Of a stretch of DNA of 64,000 nt, positions 35,501 through 46,328 are shown one piece after another (position 1 is the first letter of the stretch; every line of letters starts with the position of its first letter). The translations under genes were made by a program, and so were the position numbers. The notes beneath the pieces are model-generated. The model worked only from the letters and a program-made list of their open reading frames with translations. It made no database searches and had not been told where the DNA came from. Source of the DNA: Cyanophora paradoxa CCMP329 (lineage: Eukaryota; Plantae; Glaucophyta); the NCBI GenBank assembly GCA_004431415.1, contig QPMI01000173.1, positions 1 through 64,000 on the forward strand. The letters are read 5' to 3'.

Positions 35501-38500
35501 CGCGCGCGCACCGGCTCCGCCTTGCACTTCTTGTCGAAGAGACCGACCAGCGCCTGCGCGAATCACAGCGTCAACGCCTCGCGGCCACGCGACAAAGACA
35601 GGACAAGAGGGAGACAAGAAAAGAAGGGGGCGGACACGCATGGCGCGGCTGCGCTCGCCGCTGAAGGCGGACGCGTTGGACTGGGAGGCGGCCGCGCTCG
35701 AGCCCTCCGCCCCCGACGCCGATGTGAACGCCTCAATCCCGGAGTCTGGCGCGGCGGCCGCCGCCAGGCGAAGCACAGTCAGAGTTGCGCCAGAGCGCGA
35801 GCTGACGTTCAGTCCTAGCGCGGCCGTTCCGGCAGCGGGGCCGAGCCGAACACAATATATGATTTCGATGCGGAGGGTGTGGACGGACCGGGGTCTTCGC
35901 CAAGGGCGACGTGTGCATCTAGGCCGAGGCCTAGGCTTGAGCACACGATTTCGGCGTAGATTGCCAGCGACGGCTCCAGCCCGAAAAGCGCCTCCACCAC
36001 TGCACCGCCCCGCGTCAGTCCCCGTCGCAGCGGATGCTAGCGGACAACACGCTAGCTTGGAAGCTTAAGCCAGGTCATGCATATGGTCAATAGACGGTGC
36101 TTCGGATTTGTGGGATGGGGGCGCGGGGGCGGGGCGGGGCGGGGCGGGGGGGCTCGCCGGCGCGGAGGACCTCCCTGTGGAAGCGCGCGTCGAGCTCCCG
36201 CGCCCGCTCCGAGCTCTGCCCCCCCCCGCCGCCCTCAGGGTCTCTTGCGGCGAGAGGCTCCCACGCAAGTTGCAGCTTCCTAACGAGCGCTGCGGGCGGG
36301 AGCGGGGGCCGGGGCGGGGCGGGGCGGACCTGGCCGTCGATGGAGGCGGCGCGGCGCCGGCGGACGGTGGAGAGGAGGTCGCCCCCGGGGGCCCCCGGCA
36401 CGCCCAGCCGCCGCGCCGCCCTGCCACCCAAGGGGGGAGTTTCGAGGAGGAGGAAGGGGCGTTTGGGAGGAAGGCGCATGCGCACCAGCGGCGCGGCGGC
36501 TTGAGACGCGAGGCGAGGCCGGCAGCGCCGGCGCCGGCCCCCGACGCGGGGCTCACCTCCTCCTCCTTGGGGGGCGGGGAGCCCCCCGGGGCGCCCTCGG
36601 GCGCGGTGGCCTCCCGGTCCGACGCGCTGCCGTAGACCTGCGCGCGCTCCCCTCAGCTCCACGCTCCCCCGAGCTCGCTCCGGGCGCCGGGGAGCGAGCC
36701 TTCGCGGAGAGGCGGGCGAGGGCGGGGCGCAGGGCGAGGGCGTCGGCGACGGCGCCGCGGAAGGCGGCGAAGGGGACGCCGTCATCGGGGTCGCTCTCCG
36801 GCAGCTCCGGCGGCCCGCTCCGCGCGCTCGCCACGAGGACCTGCCGCGCAGCCCAGGCCGAAACGCTTCAGGTGGGCGCCCGCAGAAGTAAGGCTCTGGA
36901 GTCGGCTCCACTCGACGTTGGACAGAGGTGGAACTAGAGGTGGGACTAGAGCTGGAGCTGGAGCTGGAGGGGAGGGGAGGGGAGGGAGAGGGGGTGCGCG
37001 GGCAGCGGCAGCGGCTCGCCCGACGGCGTCGCACCTTGACGCCGGCGACGGTGGGGAGCCAGGCGGCGACGAGGTTCGCGAGGGCCGACTTGCCCACCCC
37101 GGGGCCCCCCTCGACGAGCAGCAGGCGCCGGCCCGGGCCCTCTCCGGGCTCGCCGTGGCCGCGCAGGGGCGCCGGGGGGGCGCTGGGCGGGAGGAGTGGG
37201 CGGAGGCGCTCGCAGGAGAGCACGAAGTCCTCCAGCGCAAGCAGCTCCGAGTGGCGCCCGACGAAGCCCTCCGCCTGCCGCCCCCGATGAGGGCTCGAGG
37301 GGATGAGGTGCAGAGCGGGCGGGGGCACCGCGGAGAGGGGGCTCCACGTGAGCGAGTTCCGGCCCGGGGCGCCCCGCTTCCGCACGCTCGAGGAGCGCGA
37401 AAAGGTCGACCCGACGCTGTCGCTGCGGCGCCGGCACCGGCGCCGGCCGCGGGTGAGGCGACAGCGCGATGCGTCCAGGGGATCGTTCAGCGCAGAGGGC
37501 ACAGCGTTCTGTTTACACGAGAGATGATCTAAGAGCTTTTTCCGGCTTTGTGTAGTTTGAGCTCCGTAAGAGGTGGGGGTGTGGGGGGCGGATACCTTGG
37601 GAGGCGCGAGCTCTGCTGCGAGGAGTTGCCCCGCATGGAGCCGCCGGCGGCGCCGCTGGCGAGCCACGCGGGGTCCATCCCAGCCGCGAACCCGCCGCCC
37701 CGGCCCGACTCGTCCCCGCGGGGAGTCAAGTTGGCATTCCTGCGCGGAGCCGAGTCCCGAGGCGCTCCAGTCAATTCGCAAGCGGTTCCACGAGTCGCAG
37801 AGGGTGGAAGCTCGCGCACCGGCCGCGATCTCGGAACCTGAAGCTGCGCCCGCGGTTCAGGGAGGAGATGCCAAGGCCGCTGGCGAGGCTGAAGGAGAGG
37901 GTGGGGAGGGCGAGGGCCTGCGCAGAGGCGTCAGAAGAAGCCCGCGAGCTGGAGGAAGGAGCGCGCCTGCTCCAGGGCCGCCTCGGGGAGCTGGCAGCGC
38001 ATCGGGGGCGTCCCCGGCTGCGAGCCGCCCTTGGCCGACCGCTCGACTCCCGACCCGCTGCGGGGCGTCGGCCGCCGACGTCAGATTCCGTGCAGAGCCG
38101 AAGCTTAAGAGGTGCGGCGCACCTCTGTGGCGGGTTGTCGTCGTCGGAGGAGGCCGGTGGCCAGTTCGCGAAGCTCGGGTACGAGTTGTTCAGGCGCATG
38201 TTCGCGCCGGCGAGCCGGGGCGACCCGCGCTCCCGCTCGGGCATCGCCAGCCGCTGCAGCGGGCTCCCCGGGGCGCGGGGCAGCAGCACCGGGCTCCCGT
38301 TCGACATCGAGACGGCCGTGCTCGCGCTCGCGAGGCTCTCGGGGACGCTGCCGAGGCCGCTGCCGAGGCCGCTGCCCGGGCCGCTGCCGCCGCCGAGGGC
38401 GTCGACGGGGAAGTGGCCGGGGACCTGCGGGCGGATGCTGGGGGAGAGGCTGGAGGGCCGCTGGCGCGCCGAGCTGCCGAGCGCCATGTCCGACGACGGC

Positions 38501-41500
38501 CGCAGGAACGTGATCGGCTGGAACTGCGGCTGCGCGACACCGCCAGCGACAGCCGACTCCTCCAGAGTCCTCCCCGGCGCCGGCGGCGTGTCGCGCCGCG
38601 CCGCGTCCGAGGGCGACGCCGGCCGGCCGTCGCCCCGCGCCATGTGCAGCTGCAGGTCCACGATCTCGGACACGGGCGACTGCGGCCGAGCCGCGGGGGC
38701 CCTCCCCTCGCCAGCGACCCGGTCTTCCCGGTCTTCCCCGGGCGCTCCGCCCGTGCCGATGCTTGCCAGCAGCCGCGTGGTGAGCGACGCCCGCGGCGCG
38801 TACCCCTCCACCCTGAACGCCTCGATGCCCTCCTCCTTGCCCTTCACCGCCACCGTCCCTGCCCGCCCCAGCGGCGTCGGCGCGGCTCGCGTGTGCGGGG
38901 GGGCGCGGGGGCCGCCTGGGGGCGGACCCAGCGGGGTGACGAGGAAGGGCTCGGGCTGCGGGAGCGCCGCCACCGTCGCCCGGTCCACGACGATGCCGCG
39001 CCCCAGGCCCATCAGCCGGCTCGCCATGTTGATCTGCAGCCCCGGCCCCCGGCCCGCCCGCTCAGTGCCCTGCGGCACGGGGCGCGGGGCGCGGGGCGCG
39101 GGGCGCGGGGCGGACCGGGTCACCCAGCACAGTGTAGTCCGCCCGCGCCGCGTTGCCGATCTGGCGGCGCGTGAGCCGAGGCGAGTCGCCAGCCGCACGC
39201 GCCGGGGCGCCCCGCCCGCACCAGCCCGCAGTACACCCGCCCCGACGTGATGCCGATCGCGACGGCGCCGGTGCCGATACGCGCGAGCGCGGTCCGGATG
39301 CGAATGGCGGCGGCAACAGCGCGCTCGCCGTCGTCGGTGTGCGCTTGGCTCACGCCCCACGTCGCGAACGCCTGCGGGAGCGTCGTCGGCGGCAAGTGGG
39401 GCGGCGGGGCGAGGGGAGGCCGGGGCGGGGCGGACGGTGGCGCCCTTGTCGTCGACGAGGAACTGGCGGAAGGAGCCCTCGGTGTCGGCGACGGCCGACT
39501 GCACCTCGCGGATGCACGCGTCGAGCACGCCGAAGGGGTCGGAGGCGGGGGGCGTCGACGGGGCGTCCGAGTCGGGCGGGGGGAGGAAGCCGGCGAGGGA
39601 GACGGAGGCGAGGATGGAGCGGACGCGCCCCGCGCCCCCAGAGACCGCCACCGCGCGCGCCACGTCGAAGGGGAGGGGCACCTGCACGAAGGCGGCCGAG
39701 ATCGTCCGCAGCTCGCTCCAGAACCTGGCCACGGGAGAACTCTGTTAGAACGAAACGTGTTCGGTCTATCGTATCGCTGTGCGTGGAACGCACGTGGACA
39801 TCGGGTTTCCCTGGAGGAGCCTGAGGACTTCTTCGGGTACGTACGGCCCGAGCCGCTCCGCTTCCCGTGGGTCGACCACGCCCAGGGGCGCCCCCGGCGG
39901 CCACACGCCGCCAAACCCCTCGATCCGACGCGCGGCCCCGCGCTCTGTTTCCGAGCGCAGAAAACCGGCGGACGAGAGCTGCCGGGGCGTTAAGATTCGG
40001 TTTGCGGTGCGTCGGAGGGGCAGCAGAGGCTGCAAGACCGCGGCTCACCTCGCCGAGCGAGATGACGTGGAAGTGCTTGTCGTCGCCAGCCTTGGTCGGG
40101 TTCGCTGCGGGGATCGGCTGCACGGTGGCATCAGAACAAAATGCGTTTCAAAATGATGTCGCGATTGCTATCATAGTATGCACCCGCCGCACGGATATCC
40201 TCAGAAAGGCGCTGACGTGCACGGCGACCTGGCCGCTCTTGGAGAGGCCGATGCCGTCGGAGACCTGCGGGGGCGGCGGGCTGAGGGGCGGCGGGCGGGG
40301 CGGGGGCGGCCGGGGCGGGCCTGCTTGACGGGGAGGCCGAGGAGGACCATCTCGCGGCGCGAGGGGAGCCCCGCGTGCAGCTCCAGCACCGTCCCCATCC
40401 CCAGCGCGCAGTGCAGCCTGCCCGGCCTCAGCGCTCGGCCGCCGCGCGGGGGCGCCGGGGCGCACGAGAAGTGGACGCTGTTGGAGACGGCCTTGAGGAG
40501 GCGCGCGGCGCACTCGAGGGCCGCCGACGCCGCCTCGTCGGCCCGCGCGCTCGAGCCCCCCGCGTACGGCTTCATCAGCGTGATCGCGTCGCCCTGCCGG
40601 TTGGCGTCGGGCGGGGCGGGGCGGGCCGGGGGGCGGGACCGGGGCGGCGCACGGCGAATTTGATGGCGTCCATCTCGTACTCGGCGGCGATGGCGAGCAT
40701 GTCCGCCAGCACCTCGTTCACCTTCCGCGACAGGTGGTCCGCCTGGCCCGCCCCGCCCCGCCTCGGTCGCCCCGAGCTCGAGCGCCCCGCGCGCGCGCCC
40801 CCGCCCACCGCCCCCGGCGCACCGCCCACCGCTCCCGCTCCCGCTTCATTCGCTCCTGCGCGTCGACTTTGTTCTTCTTCCGACGCGCGATCACATCCAG
40901 CTCTGCCGCCGTCAACTCGGCTGCGTTTCGTCAGCTTGGCGCGCGGGCGTGCATCCGGCAGCCGCGGCGCACCCCTCTCCTCCTCAGAGTTCGATTCGAT
41001 TTCAGCTGAAGCGGGGTCCGAGTCTTCTTCCGAGTGGACGCCCCCAACGCCCTCCGGCGCCGCCGCCGCCGGCTCCGGTAGCTGCAGTCGCAGTTCAAAC
41101 TTGTGATCAGCGCGGCCAGCCCGGAGACGGAAGGGTCGCGGCGCGCGCGGCGGTCGGACCTCGATGCTGCCCTGCTCGCTGACGCGGCGGGCGCGGAGCT
41201 GGGGCGGGGGCCCCGCGTTGGCGTCGGCGACGAGGCGCGAGGCGAGGGCGCTGAAGCCCGACAGGTCCGCCACCAGCAGCACTGCGCCCCGCCCCGCCCG
41301 CGCCCCAGTCGGCCCCGGCACGCGCCCCGCCCGCCGCCCCGCCCGCCGCCGCGGCCGCCCCGCTCGCACCGGCCTCGTACGTGCGGAAGGAGCACTGCTG
41401 CGGGTCGACCTCGAGCTCGCTCGCCTCCGCCTCGCCGGCCGACGGCGGCGCGCGCCCCGCGTCGATGCGCAGCGCCTGCCGAAGCGCCTGCGGCACGAAG

Positions 41501-41535
41501 GCCGCCAGCGGCGGTGGAGCCCCCTGCCCAAGCAT
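29595..41535 (-). CDS. Soluble adenylyl/guanylyl cyclase-like protein (ADCY10/sAC architecture: two class III cyclase domains, STAND NTPase, helical/TPR-like tail), copy A; start uncertain
   Basis: C1: VADLSGFSAL, IKFAGDAIT. C2: SELRTIS, RQFLVDDKG, IGITSGRVYCGLIGNAARADYTVLGDPINMASRLM, VKGK. NTPase: FVGRHSEL, Walker A VEGGPGVGKS, Walker B VIVLEDVD (about 35428-35452), ARGNP, FGFLHGATRDILY. Confidence 0.88.
31728..31885 (-). repeat. Coding 24-bp tandem repeat encoding (F-x-S-V-R-G-G-x)n in cyclase copy A
   Basis: Six CGCACGCT cores at 24-bp period, translating as CSVRGGTAFASVRGGNAFSSVRDGGMFGSVRAGNLFGSVRGGGIFGSVRGGTVF. Confidence 0.8.
34524..34627. repeat. Intronic 19-bp unit GCGCGTGAACGGCCGAGGC, 3 copies separated by G tracts
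   Basis: Copies at 34524-34542, 34568-34586 and 34609-34627. Confidence 0.85.
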
Positions 41536-42413
41536 CGCCTGGCGCGCGCCGCCAGCGCTTGTGCGGGCCTGAAGCTGCTACCTTCGCTGCTCGGCCGCGA
41601 GCGCTCGTTTCGGACAACGGGACACGCGCCGCCTCATCATCGTGGCAAGCTGAAGAGCCGCGACGCCCCGATCTCGTGCGGCGCTGCTGCGGGGGCTCAA
41701 AGAGTCTTTCCCTTCTGCTCACTTGGCGTACCGCGCAGAGCGCGTACTAGCTGCTGCCGATCGGTGATTCGAAGATCTAGAGGAGGATGACGACACGCCT
41801 CCTTGTGCCAGCTCGCTCGCGCGCGCGCGGCGTCGCGCCCGAACAGCAGCTGCGCGCTTCGATGCAGCTGGCAACCCGCGCCTTCGATGTTGGTCGATGT
41901 CCCGCGGCCGACTGTAATGCGCAGAGGCCGGGAATCGAAACAAGTGCCACGGTGGGCTTCAAGCGGCTGATATTGCGCAAACCGCTCTGCAGCTAAAATC
42001 ACCTTGGCGAGGGCCGGGCCGGGCGCCCCGCGCTGCTCGCTGCTGCCGCAGTGCCGCTGTGTTGCGCTGTTGCACTGCGACAAGTTACTAAGCAAAGCGG
42101 GGTATCGCGCATAAGTTGATAAAGCTGCCTGGGTCGACGACTCGACGACGTCGACGAGTCGACGACTCGACGTACGTACGGCACTGGCAGGGTTGACGCC
42201 GCCGGGCGCCGGCGCCGGCTCCGGCACTGAGCAGTGAGCACTGCACTCATCATGGCATGCTCATCTATCGCGATCGCCGAGTCGGTTGCACATGTTCATG
42301 AGCCTGCAGGCGAGCTTTTGGAGCCCCTTTGAATCTACGCGCCTCTTCAAAGATGCCGAGGGTACACAGATCTCAGTTTGAGAGGGGTACAGCCTCATCG
42401 AGCCGGCGGCCTG

Positions 42414-43080
42414 ATGGAGGCCGCGCTCGAGGAGCTCGAGGCGCTGCGGCTGCCTGCGGGGCTTGCCGACCTCTACGCGAACGCCGCCTACGCCGGTGCG
42501 CACCGCTCGACCCCGCGCGGCCTTGGACGCGACACGAGCGCGAGCGCAGACCCGCCGGAGGAGCCGAAGCAGGTATCGGAGTTCCGCGAAGCAGCCGAGC
42601 GGCGCTGGGCGGCATGCGGCGCCGCCGCGCGGGGCCTCGAGCGCGTCTCCGCCGAGCACGAGGCGAGCGGGCGCCGGATTCCCGCCCGCCTCGCCTGAAC
42701 GCCGCGCAGCGCTTCGTCTCGGCGGTGCTCGTCCGCTGGGGCGCGTATGGCCCGGAGACGGCGTGGTGGTCCAGCGCCGAGTGTAGGCGCCTCGCCGGCG
42801 GTGCGGGGGCGCCCCGAGCGAGCAGCACGCGAGGCGCTCACTTACGCTCGCTCGCTTACTCGTTGACGCGGCAGAGGCCGTCGCGGAGGCGATGCGCGCA
42901 TGCGGCGCGGCGAGCGCCGCGGACCTGGTCGGGCCGCGCCTGGCGCCGCTGCTGCAGTCCCTCGTGGAGGACATGAAGCGCTGGCGCCAGCAGCCCGACG
43001 CCGCCCGCGCCGCTCTTTCCCTCATCGTCGCCTCAAAGGTCCGCTCCCGGTCGGATTCGCACACCCCCTCCCTTCGAAAT

Positions 43081-43111
<31 letters not shown>

Positions 43112-44865
43112 TTCGCCCCCAATTGGCGCCCCAGTTCCCGCACGTCGGCCCCGCCATTGACGTCGAGCTGCCCATGTGCCTCAACGTCCTCGACGACTAC
43201 CGCGTACCCCCAGCCCCCGCCCTCTTCTGTGAAACCCTCCCCTCCGGATTCGAACCCGTGGCAGGTGGAGAGCAAGACGGCCGCTGTGCTTGCCCTCCAC
43301 CACGTCGTGAGGGAGAGCACCCCCTCGCAGCTCCGCTGGCACGGAGACCTCATCCTCCACGCACGCTTACCCCGCCCATCCGTGCCCGCCCCACGCCGAC
43401 GGTATCCCCCTCTCGCCCGCAGACCCTGGAGGGCCTCCTCACGTACACGGATGCCCCCCTCGTCGCCGCGGCTGTACCCTGCCTCCTCGACGCCCTTGCG
43501 GCGATCATGCCCCTACCCCCTCCCCCTGCGCCCCCCTCCCCCGCCTCCCCCTCCAGCCCCCAATCACCCTCCTCTCCCTCGGACCCCGTCGGCCGCCTGG
43601 TCACCCGCCCCCGGGCGCGTGCCCCCGGGCGCGCCGCCGTGGCGCCGCTCTTCGCGCCCTCCGTGGAGAGGCACTTCGCAATCCTCGAGCGCCTCCTCGA
43701 CGAGGCGCGCCCCCGCCTGCTCCCTCCCGCGCGCACCCCTCCCCCTTAGCTCACCCTCCCTACTCCCCTCGAAGGTCTGGCGCCCCTCCTCGTGCGTGCC
43801 CCCTAATGCGATACACCCCGGTACCCCTTTTCGACGGCCCCCGCAGTGTGCAGAACAAGGTCGTGCACATTCGGTGCGCCTTCCGCCGGGCCCCGGCCTG
43901 CGGCACGCCTTGTCGGCGCCGACCTCTCCGTCAGGGGCGTGCAGCGCATGGTCTCCGACCTGGGGACCCGCACCGCCTGGCACCTCAAGGCGCCCCCCCG
44001 CCCCCCCCTCCCCGCCCCCCGCGTTGCGTGTACGCGCGAGGGGCGGCTAAGCGGGGGCCAGAGGGCGGCGGAGGTGGCGGGCGACGCGCTGGGCTCGGCC
44101 TACGAGGCGACGCTCCTCGCGGCCTCGGCCGACCTCGTCCGCGCCCTCGCCGACGCCTGCCCCTCCCGGTCCCCCCCGCACCCCTCCCCTCTCTCTCCTT
44201 CTCTTCTGACGCCCGCCAGCATCGCCGGCCACCTCCGCGACATCGTTCGCGGCCTCGCCAAGGCCTACGCCGCCTCGTCCGCCCCGCGTACCCCTCCCCC
44301 TGAACATTAATTCCAGCACCCACGCCTGCGCCCCAGGGACGAGTCGGACGAAGCATCTCGCGGCGCCTGCCGCGCCCTCTGTAAACACCTCTTACGGCGC
44401 TCCGGTTCCGCGTTCCGGGTACGCGGTTTGCGCTTTTTCGCGGGTGCCGCCTCAACTCACACCAATGCTGTCGAACCCTAGGAGCTCCACGAGCAGCTAG
44501 CGGACGTACCCCAGGTTCGCCTGCCCCTGACCGCGTTCGAAGTCTTGCTCGACCTCATCTTCGTCTTCGACGGGGCCTGAATGGATTAGCTGCGGGGCCT
44601 CTTCGACGGGGTACCCCCCTACGACTCGGAGGAAGGACGGGCGCTGGTGGAGGAGGGTGAGGGGGCGGGGGCAGGGGACGCCCTCACGGAAGCCTTCCCC
44701 TGGCTGCGCCCCTGGAGCCCGGTGAGCGGCCCGGGGGCCATCTCGCGGCGCCGAGCGCTGACGGGGGCGCAGAGGGCCGGCGAGGGGCAGCTCGCGAGCC
44801 TCGAGGCCTGCCCCGACTGCGCCCGCCGGGACGCCCGCCTCTGGCGATCCTTCTGCACCCGCTAG
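42414..44865 (+). CDS. TTI2: TELO2-interacting protein 2 (TTT complex HEAT-repeat subunit) homolog; multi-exon, last exons approximate
   Basis: LPMCLNVLDDYRVESKTAAVLALHHVV...LRWHG, AVPCLLDAL, DLGTRTAWHLKR and ACPSRIAGHL match TTI2 motifs as I recall them (DDY..ENK.LG..CLHHI; LG..TVRHLKR; WPR). Confidence 0.75.
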
Positions 44866-45950
44866 CTGCGCCCCACTTCCCAAGTCAACGCCTTCCCCCA
44901 GGCTTCGTCGTGTTGCTGGGGGACAGCGCTCTCGCCAGGCTTCGTCGGGAGTTTCTCCTGGGGCCGGGGCCGGGCGCGAGCACCTCGCGATCGGGCTGCG
45001 GCTGGCGGGGCCGGGCGGGGGCGGGCGGGGCCTGCAGGCGGCCCGCCTCAGCGCCGCCTCGGACGCCCCCTTAAAGCTTCGCCCTCTGGCGGTCCTCCGC
45101 CGGTCCCCGCCCCGCCCCGCCCCGCCCCGCCCCGGACCGCTGCATATGGATGCAGCTCGAGGGCTATAGCTAGCTATATATATAGCTCGAGCTCCGATTA
45201 TCGAATTTCCGTCGATACATGTGTCGCCAGTGCTCCGATCGCGAGGCTCCCTGCACGGCCCTCAGCGCTAGCTGCAGGTGTGAACCGTCTGATCTATATC
45301 GCTCAAGCTTGAGAAAAGCTTAAGGACCGGTCGGCGATAACGTCAACGTATACGGCCCCGTCGGCCCTGTGACGGCCGCGGATGGATCCGGAGCTCGATC
45401 GCGATCGGCTCAAGGCGGGCAACGTTTTTTAACCGCGGCGCCGGCCGATATCCCCAGGGCCGCGCCGCGGGCCCGCTTACGTAGGGGCTCCCGCCCAAGA
45501 CGCGCTCCACTGAGCCAGGTGCACGTACAGCGCGCGCGCGCAAGTGCTCGAGATCTAGAGAGTCGATCTGCTGATCAGGGTGGGAGGCTCATCGATCGAG
45601 CTCGAGTGCGCCCCCGCGTTTGCTTTGATTTGGATCTCGCGATCTTTCGAAATTCGATTTCGATCTGACCCCTTTTTCGCAGCCTCCTGTGCATGTGCAT
45701 GCGCCCGGAGCATGCTCTACCCCGGACGCTCTTTCGAATTCATTCGAAGTTGCGAGGGGGAAGACGTCGACCGGGGGTGCTGTGCAACTCGAAAGGGCGG
45801 CTGCAGCCTCTGGACAGATGCGCGCGCATGCCGCCTTAGCCGTAGATCGGCGTCACGCGCGCTGCAGCTGTAATATCGATCGGCCGCCGCCGCTCAAGCT
45901 CTCAAGTGCACGTGCGTGCAACTTAAAGCCTTGAAGTTAGCACAGCCTAG

Positions 45951-45988
45951 TAGGAGCGAGCTCGAGGCCTAGGAGCGAGCTCGAGGCC
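45951..45988. repeat. 19-bp tandem duplication TAGGAGCGAGCTCGAGGCC upstream of cyclase copy B
   Basis: Copies at 45951-45969 and 45970-45988. Confidence 0.85.
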
Positions 45989-46328
45989 AGCGCGGAGTGC
46001 GGTTTCGCCTTTCCGGATCAGTTCGGGAGTGCAGCAGCGCGTCCCAGCGGAGCTCGATGATCATGATTTTGAAGTGCAACAGCGCATCGCAGCTGGAGCG
46101 GAGCTCGCGGCCGCGGGAGCACGTGTAGGTCAAGTTGGAGTTGAACCTTAGCTGCAGCGTCGCGCTTTGTGAGCCATCGATAAAAGGGGGCCGGAGCTGA
46201 TCAAGCGCGAGAAGCGGTCATGCATATGGTGCATATGTCGACCAGCGCGCCTCCCGATAGCAATCTCGCGCCAGCGTAGGGCAGTTCAGGCCCAAACAGG
46301 CGCTGGCAGTGCTAGTGCGCGCCAGGCG

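Noticed and set aside
35455-35520. Apparent GC donor before Walker B in copy A (similar case at 43361 in TTI2)
   Set aside because: An in-phase GT donor lies a few codons downstream in each case, so neither was counted.
41697-42253. ORFs between cyclase A and TTI2
   Set aside because: No recognisable motif. They may be UTR or upstream exons of copy A, but this cannot be supported.
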